From: an uncultured Chloroflexia bacterium
GTDB taxonomy: Bacteria; Chloroflexota; Anaerolineae; CG2-30-64-16
DNA length: 64,000 bases
Direction: 5' to 3'
Assembly (NCBI GenBank): GCA_963810095.1
Contig: CAWEMM010000007.1
Span: 64,001-128,000 of the forward strand
Below the pieces are notes generated by a model. That model was not told where the DNA came from and did not search any database. It saw only the letters and a program-made list of their open reading frames with translations. Made by a program: the position numbers and the translations under genes. Below, one piece after another: positions 58,748-64,000 of the stretch (its first letter is position 1; the number at the start of each line of letters is the position of its first letter).

Positions 58748-61207
58748 CTACCGCACTTCAAACTCCTTTATGATCCACGATTGGCTTTCTGTCAGTAAGC
58801 CCGTGCGTGTAGTGAGGCGTTTGCCGTCCGCGGCCTGGTAGGCGCCCACGATCAGGCGGTAGCGGCCGGGCGCAAGGTCCGCGGGCAGCGACAACGTGTG
58901 CCGGTCGCGGACGAGCTCGCCGGGCTGCCAGTTCGTTGTCGGGTAGCGACCGCCGAGCGGCTGCTCTTCCAGGTTGGCGGCGACGGCGCCTTGCTCGTCC
59001 AGCGCCTGGATGACGACGACGAGCGGCTCGCCCGGTGCCTCAAGCGCCTGCCAGAGGAGATCCACGGGCACTACGCCGCCGGCCCCGACCGCGGCGACCG
59101 GCGTGCCGGCCTCGATCAGCGCAAGCGGACCGAACTGCGCAAGTGCGGGCAGGGCAGAGGTTCCTTCGGCACGTTGTACGGTCACCCGCCCGAGCACTAA
59201 GCCCGGATCGGCCGGCACCGCGCCGTTCACCGGCGTGCCGCTTAAGGGTCGTCCGGTGCCTGCATCATACGGGACCAGTACCAGGTCATAATCGCCCGGG
59301 ACCGTGCCCTGCGGCACCGTCAGCGCGAGCGGCTGGCGCTGGACCACGTTGGCCGGCCAATTCTCGGACGTAAACAGCGGGCCAAGCGGCTGCTCGTCGG
59401 ACGCGGCCCACACGTCGCCCCCCGCATCGGCGAGCCGCAGCGACGTGCCAAGGGTGATGGTGAGCGGAGTGGTCGGCAGCCAGAACGCGCTCGAAAACAG
59501 AGTCGCGCCGGGTCGTGCGCTCTCGGGGGGTGGGACGATCCGCAGCGCCAGGTCGCCGAAGATGGCGCCCGGCGCGCCGGCCTCCCACGCGGCGCCGTCG
59601 CGCGACGTGTATCCCTCCACCCGCAAGTAGGCCTCGCCGGGGTAGGTGCGCTCGTCCAGTTCCTGCCCGTGGCGCGACAGCAGGGCACGGATGAGGCCGT
59701 CCGGATCGTTCACCGTGTCGTAGATACGGTAGTGCCACACCCGGCCGAACCGGTCAAGCAGGTCCGCCACCTTCTCTTTCGCCACCTGCGAGGGCATGGC
59801 AAAGAAGTCCGAGCGCGAGTCGCCCCAGCCGAGCCCGGCATCGCCGTCCGTGTGGCCGGTGGTGACCATGACGAGCGCGTCGTCGGAACGCGCTTCGGGC
59901 AGCGCGCCGGTGAGCCGGTAGCGGCCTGCGATGTCGCCGTCCCAATAGGTTGCGAGGGCAGTGTAGGCCCAGCCCGCGTTCACCAGCACCACGTCGCCCG
60001 GCCGCCAGCGCGCTTGGAGCTCGCGCACAGCCGCCCGATGATCGTCGGCGGCGAAGGCGGGGTTGAACCAGAACTCGCGGAGGGAAAGCGCTGCGCCAAG
60101 CAATAGAACGAGCCCGGCGACACCCGCGGCCCCGCGCGAGCGCCGCCCCAGCCAGACCAGGCCCCCTGCCAGGACGATGTAGAAGGCCGGGCTGTAGGTG
60201 AAAAGGTAGCGCACGTGATACAGCGGCGTGGCAAAAGAGATGACCAGGATCAGGAATAGTGGGCCGAGCGTAGCCACTGCCAGGGCTACCGCCGCGGCCA
60301 CGCCCTTACGCCGGGCAAAAAACCGCAGCCCAAGCGCGTAAAGCGCCAGCGTCAGCAGCAGCGCGGGCCAGATCCACACGGGCGCGGCCGGGCCAAACGA
60401 CAGCGCTTGCCAGCTTTCCAGCAGCGCGGCGGGCAACTGGGGGACCGCCCGCCAGGGCGGGACGGGTGGCTGGGTGGCCTGCCGGAACGCGGTTCCGATC
60501 CATGGCGCGTACAGCACCGCGGCCGCCAGGTTCGCGAGGACGAGAGGCCACACGGACCGTTTCCGCCGCAGCAGGACAACCAGTGCCCAGAGATTGAGGG
60601 CTGCGAGCAGAAAGGCGAAATAGTACAGCACGTACGTGCCCAGCGCGGCCGCGAGCGCGTACACGACATAGGGCCGGTTGGTGGTTGCGTCCACGGCAGC
60701 GAGCAGCGCCCAGAGCACGACCAGGCCCAGGGCGGCGCCCAGCGTGTACATCCGTACTTCCTGGCTGTACCACACGTTGAACGGGCTGAGCGCGACGAGC
60801 AGCGCGGCGACGAGCGCGACGGTGCGGCCTCCGAGGCGCCGCGCGAGCGCATAGACCAGCGCGATCAACAGCACGCCGAAGAAAAGGGAGAAGAAGCCGG
60901 AGGCGAACTCGAGGCCGTTGCCGTGCGGATCGGCCCGGCCGGTGGGATATCCGGACAGCACCAGCCAGCCGCGCAGCAGCAGGTAGTAGCCGGGCGGATG
61001 GATGTCGCCCGCCGTGTGGCGTAGCAGCTCGCCGACAGGGCTGCCCGCGAGATAGGTGCTGACTGTCTCGTCATACCACAGGCTGCCCGCGCCCAGGTGA
61101 AACCCCCGGAGAGCCGTCCCGGCGAGCAGGACCGCAAGGAGCGCGACTCGCTCGCGTGCTGCGACGCGGCCCATCGGGCCCGGTTCGCCGTTGATCCCGC
61201 TGGTCAT
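58748..61207 (-). CDS. GT39-like glycosyltransferase with C-terminal extracellular Ig-like domains
   Basis: SLWYDE, DIHPPGYY, WYSQEVRMY; C-terminal YPTTNWQPGELVRDRH..PGRYRLIVG. Confidence 0.8.
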   Translation of the reverse strand: MTSGINGEPGPMGRVAARERVALLAVLLAGTALRGFHLGAGSLWYDETVSTYLAGSPVGELLRHTAGDIHPPGYYLLLRGWLVLSGYPTGRADPHGNGLEFASGFFSLFFGVLLIALVYALARRLGGRTVALVAALLVALSPFNVWYSQEVRMYTLGAALGLVVLWALLAAVDATTNRPYVVYALAAALGTYVLYYFAFLLAALNLWALVVLLRRKRSVWPLVLANLAAAVLYAPWIGTAFRQATQPPVPPWRAVPQLPAALLESWQALSFGPAAPVWIWPALLLTLALYALGLRFFARRKGVAAAVALAVATLGPLFLILVISFATPLYHVRYLFTYSPAFYIVLAGGLVWLGRRSRGAAGVAGLVLLLGAALSLREFWFNPAFAADDHRAAVRELQARWRPGDVVLVNAGWAYTALATYWDGDIAGRYRLTGALPEARSDDALVMVTTGHTDGDAGLGWGDSRSDFFAMPSQVAKEKVADLLDRFGRVWHYRIYDTVNDPDGLIRALLSRHGQELDERTYPGEAYLRVEGYTSRDGAAWEAGAPGAIFGDLALRIVPPPESARPGATLFSSAFWLPTTPLTITLGTSLRLADAGGDVWAASDEQPLGPLFTSENWPANVVQRQPLALTVPQGTVPGDYDLVLVPYDAGTGRPLSGTPVNGAVPADPGLVLGRVTVQRAEGTSALPALAQFGPLALIEAGTPVAAVGAGGVVPVDLLWQALEAPGEPLVVVIQALDEQGAVAANLEEQPLGGRYPTTNWQPGELVRDRHTLSLPADLAPGRYRLIVGAYQAADGKRLTTRTGLLTESQSWIIKEFEVR

Positions 61208-61397
61208 GGCTGCGACCCAACCCCTGGCCGGGCAGGCGGCTTCATGAGGCATCCTTTCGTGGGGGAGGTGCGATGATGTTATACTCTATCACAGAACGTC
61301 AGATTAGCCACAGGGTTCGCAGCGGGTTTCGACGGCCCGCTGCACCGGGTCTCTGAAAGGCCCGGCGGATGCTGCGGCAAAGAACGGAGCACGCCCC

Positions 61398-62219
61398 ATG
61401 CCTGAGACTGTCCTTGCGCTCGTACCCCATCCCGACGACGCGGAATACTACTGCGGCGGCACGCTCGCCAAGTTCGTGGCCGAAGGAGCGCGGGTGCACA
61501 TCGTTGTGGCCACCGACGGCCGTAAGGGCTCTTTCCAGGAGGAAAGCAACACGCTCGCCGAGCTGCGTGCGGAAGAGATGCGGCGGGCAGCCGCTGCGCT
61601 GGGCGCTCAGCCGCCCATTCTGCTCGGTTTCCCCGACATGGAGCTCGACACGCTGCGGCCGGGCGTGCTGCGCGAGCAGTTCGTGCGTGCAATCCGGCAG
61701 ATCAGGCCCGACGTAGTGTTTGCCCAGGACCCGTACGCGCTCTACGAGCCGCACCCCGACCATCGGGCGGTCGCCTGGGCTGCCACCGAGGCGATCAACT
61801 GCAGCAAGCTGCCCCTGGCTTATCCGCAGCACCTGGCAGAGGGGCTGCAGCCGCATTGGGTGCGCGAGAAGTATTTCTACGGGGACGTGTTGCCGGGCGC
61901 GAACCGCTTCGTCGACACGTCGCCCTACATCGGCCGCAAGCTGGCCGCGATGGGGGAGCACCGGTCGCAGGTCGTGTTCCTTGTTGAGGACGTCTTGCGC
62001 CAGGGGGCGATGGCCGGGCTCGATGCAGCGCAGTTCGCGGGTCCTGCCTCGACTAATCCACTCGACCTGCTGCATTACGGCCTGCGTGCGCAGGACGCCG
62101 AGACCGGGCGGAAGTACGGCGTAGCCTACGCCGAGGAGTTCCGCTGGAGCCGTTATCACCCCCTCGTCGAGGCCGCGCTGGCGGGCATGACGCCTGCGGG
62201 GCGGGGGAGCGCGGCATGA
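61398..62219 (+). CDS. PIG-L family deacetylase
   Basis: PHPDDAE, ATDG, R.EE, HPDH, HRSQ. Confidence 0.88.
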   Translation: MPETVLALVPHPDDAEYYCGGTLAKFVAEGARVHIVVATDGRKGSFQEESNTLAELRAEEMRRAAAALGAQPPILLGFPDMELDTLRPGVLREQFVRAIRQIRPDVVFAQDPYALYEPHPDHRAVAWAATEAINCSKLPLAYPQHLAEGLQPHWVREKYFYGDVLPGANRFVDTSPYIGRKLAAMGEHRSQVVFLVEDVLRQGAMAGLDAAQFAGPASTNPLDLLHYGLRAQDAETGRKYGVAYAEEFRWSRYHPLVEAALAGMTPAGRGSAA

Positions 62220-63586
62220 AGCTGACCATCGTCGGGGCGGGGGGCGTCCGGACGCCGCTGATCGTCGCTGCGATGGCGCGGCGGCAGGCGCAGCTTGGTA
62301 TCGCCGAAGTGAGCCTGATGGACATCGACGGCCCCCGGCTCGAACTCATCGGCCAACTCCTGCCCGCGGACGCGCCGTTTACGATCACCGCCACTACCGA
62401 TGCCCGGGAGGCGCTGCGGGACGCGGACTACGTGATCACGACCTTCCGGGTGGGCGGGATCGCCTCGCGGGTGGTCGACGAGACGGTGCCGCTGAGCTTC
62501 GGGGTCCTCGGCCAGGAGACCACCGGGCCGGGCGGGTTCGCGATGGCCATGCGCTCCATTCCCGTGCTGCTGGGCTACATCGGGCTAATGGCGGAGGTCT
62601 GCCCCGCGCCTGGTTGATCAACTTCGCCAATCCAGCCGGGCTGATGGCAGAGGCCGCCGTTCGACTCGGCGGATGGGCGCGCACGGTGGGCATCTGCGAT
62701 GCGCCGGAAGGGATGGCGCGGGTGGCGGCCGCGGTCCTGGACGCAAGCCCGCGGGACATCTACCTCGACTACTTCGGGCTGAATCACCTCGGCTGGGTAC
62801 GTGGGGTGCACTACCGCGGGACGCGACCACCTGCCGCACCTCATTGAGATGATTCGGGGGTTCGGCGGGCTGCCCGGCCTGCCGTTCTCTGCGGACTTCA
62901 TCGCGTCGCTCGGCATGATCCCCAACGAGTACCTGTTTTACTACTATCACGGCCGGCAGGCGGTGGAGAACTTGCTGCGGGCGGGCACGACGCGCGGGCA
63001 GCAGTTGGTGGCGCTCAACGAAGCGCTGTTCGACCGGCTGGCGTGGCTGGCGGATGAGGGCGACACAGCAGGCATGCTCGAGGCGCACCGGGCCTACCTG
63101 CACGAGCGCGGGGACTCATACATGGTGCGTGAGACCGGCGCAGCGCACGATCTGGGCGCGCTCGGTCCTGCGTTCCAGGCTGCGCTGGAAGGCGAGGGTT
63201 ACGCGGGCATCGCGCTCGACGTGATCGAAGGATTGAGCGGCAAGGGCGCCCGGCACATGGTCGTCAACGTGCCGAACGGAGGCGCGATTCCGCAGATGGA
63301 GCAGGATGCTGTCGTCGAGATCCCCGCGTACATCGGCCGCGACCTCGTGCGCCCGCTTGCCGTCGGCCCCGTGCCGCCCGAGCAGCTGTCGCTGATGCAG
63401 GCAGTCAAGGCATACGAGCGGCTGACGATCGAGGCCGTCCGTTCGGGCTCGCGGGCGGCGGCGGTTCACGCGTTGGCAGTTCATCCGCTCGTGCGCGACG
63501 TCCGCGTCGCCGAGCGCATCCTGGACGGCTATATCGAGGGGCACGGCAGCGCCGCCCGCGGCGGCTCGTTCCCCGAGCTAAGGTAG
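62216..63586 (+). CDS. Family 4 glycoside hydrolase (6-phospho-beta-glucosidase-like); apparent frameshifts near 62605 and 62820
   Basis: IVGAGGVRTP, RVGG..DE..GQETTGPGG, INFANP, GICD, GLNHLGW, IPNEYL.YYY, VKAYERL. Confidence 0.88.
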
Positions 63587-63590
63587 GATC

Positions 63591-64000
63591 ATGGCCCGAC
63601 GTTACGACGTGTTGGTGGTCAGCGACTATTTCCTGGACCTGGTTTTCACCGGACTGCCGCAGCTGCCTGAGTTGGGCCAGGAGGTGTTCGGCACAGGCTT
63701 TGCGATGCTGGCGGGGGGCGGGTTCAACAGCGTCGCGGCCATGCACCGGCTCGGTCTGCGGGTGGCATGGGTGGGCGACTTCGGCAACGACGAGTTCAGC
63801 CGGTTCGCGCTCGAGCAGGCCGAGGCCGAGGGGATCGACGTATCGTTTTGCGTCCGCCACCCGCGCCCGCTGCGCCGGGTCAGCGTGGCCGTCAGCTATC
63901 CCCAGGACCGTGCTTTTATCAGCTACTGCGATCCCGAGCCGGCCGTCCCCGCGGGCTTTAGGGCGCTGGCGAAAGCCTCCGCCGAGACCGTGTTCCTGGG
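63591..64000 (+). CDS. PfkB family carbohydrate kinase, truncated by the window end
   Basis: YDVLVVSDYFLDLVF..GGGFNSVAAMHRLGLRVAWVGDFGNDEFS. Confidence 0.8.
   Translation, partial: MARRYDVLVVSDYFLDLVFTGLPQLPELGQEVFGTGFAMLAGGGFNSVAAMHRLGLRVAWVGDFGNDEFSRFALEQAEAEGIDVSFCVRHPRPLRRVSVAVSYPQDRAFISYCDPEPAVPAGFRALAKASAETVFL

Noticed and set aside
128-63586. Frameshifts in many conserved genes (nitrilase, ligase, helicase, methyltransferase, kinase, pepF, GH4) as programmed frameshifting or mass pseudogenisation
   Set aside because: They are scattered single-base indels in otherwise intact genes with no shared slippery motif; long-read consensus error is the simplest explanation

Overview
High-GC bacterial window, probably Chloroflexota (Anaerolineae/Caldilineae-like). 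This is inferred from secreted proteins ending in an [FY]LPx[ILV] tail, CSLREA and C25 surface proteins, and a large Alu-type SRP RNA. Many ordinary genes carry single-base frameshifts, most simply read as long-read indel errors. Routine content: nitrilase, cyclase, a LysM-CAP protein, the four-gene ligase-associated DNA-damage cluster (interrupted by a surface-protein gene), a Na+-translocating carboxyl-CoA decarboxylase operon, two tRNA-Ser genes, copper-related genes, NfeD/SPFH, ffs, pepF, GT39 glycosyltransferases and a sugar-catabolic operon. The strongest candidate for a new system is 3.4-15.7 kb. There a consensus promoter drives a caspase-TIR gene next to a TIR-nSTAND1-TM-WD40 receptor, and the two TIRs are paralogous and lack the canonical catalytic Glu, suggesting an apoptosome/TLR-like homotypic adaptor pair. 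Three secreted proteins follow, including a gingipain-like C25 protease. Second is an ~11.1 kb element integrated in tRNA-Ser(GGA), with an 82-bp att repeat, two tyrosine recombinases, a replication module with a palindromic candidate origin and a TerS-like ORF. Several palindromic repeat families are also present, one inserted in-frame in a helicase and one with compensatory base changes. All protein calls come from motif recognition by eye; no database searches were run.
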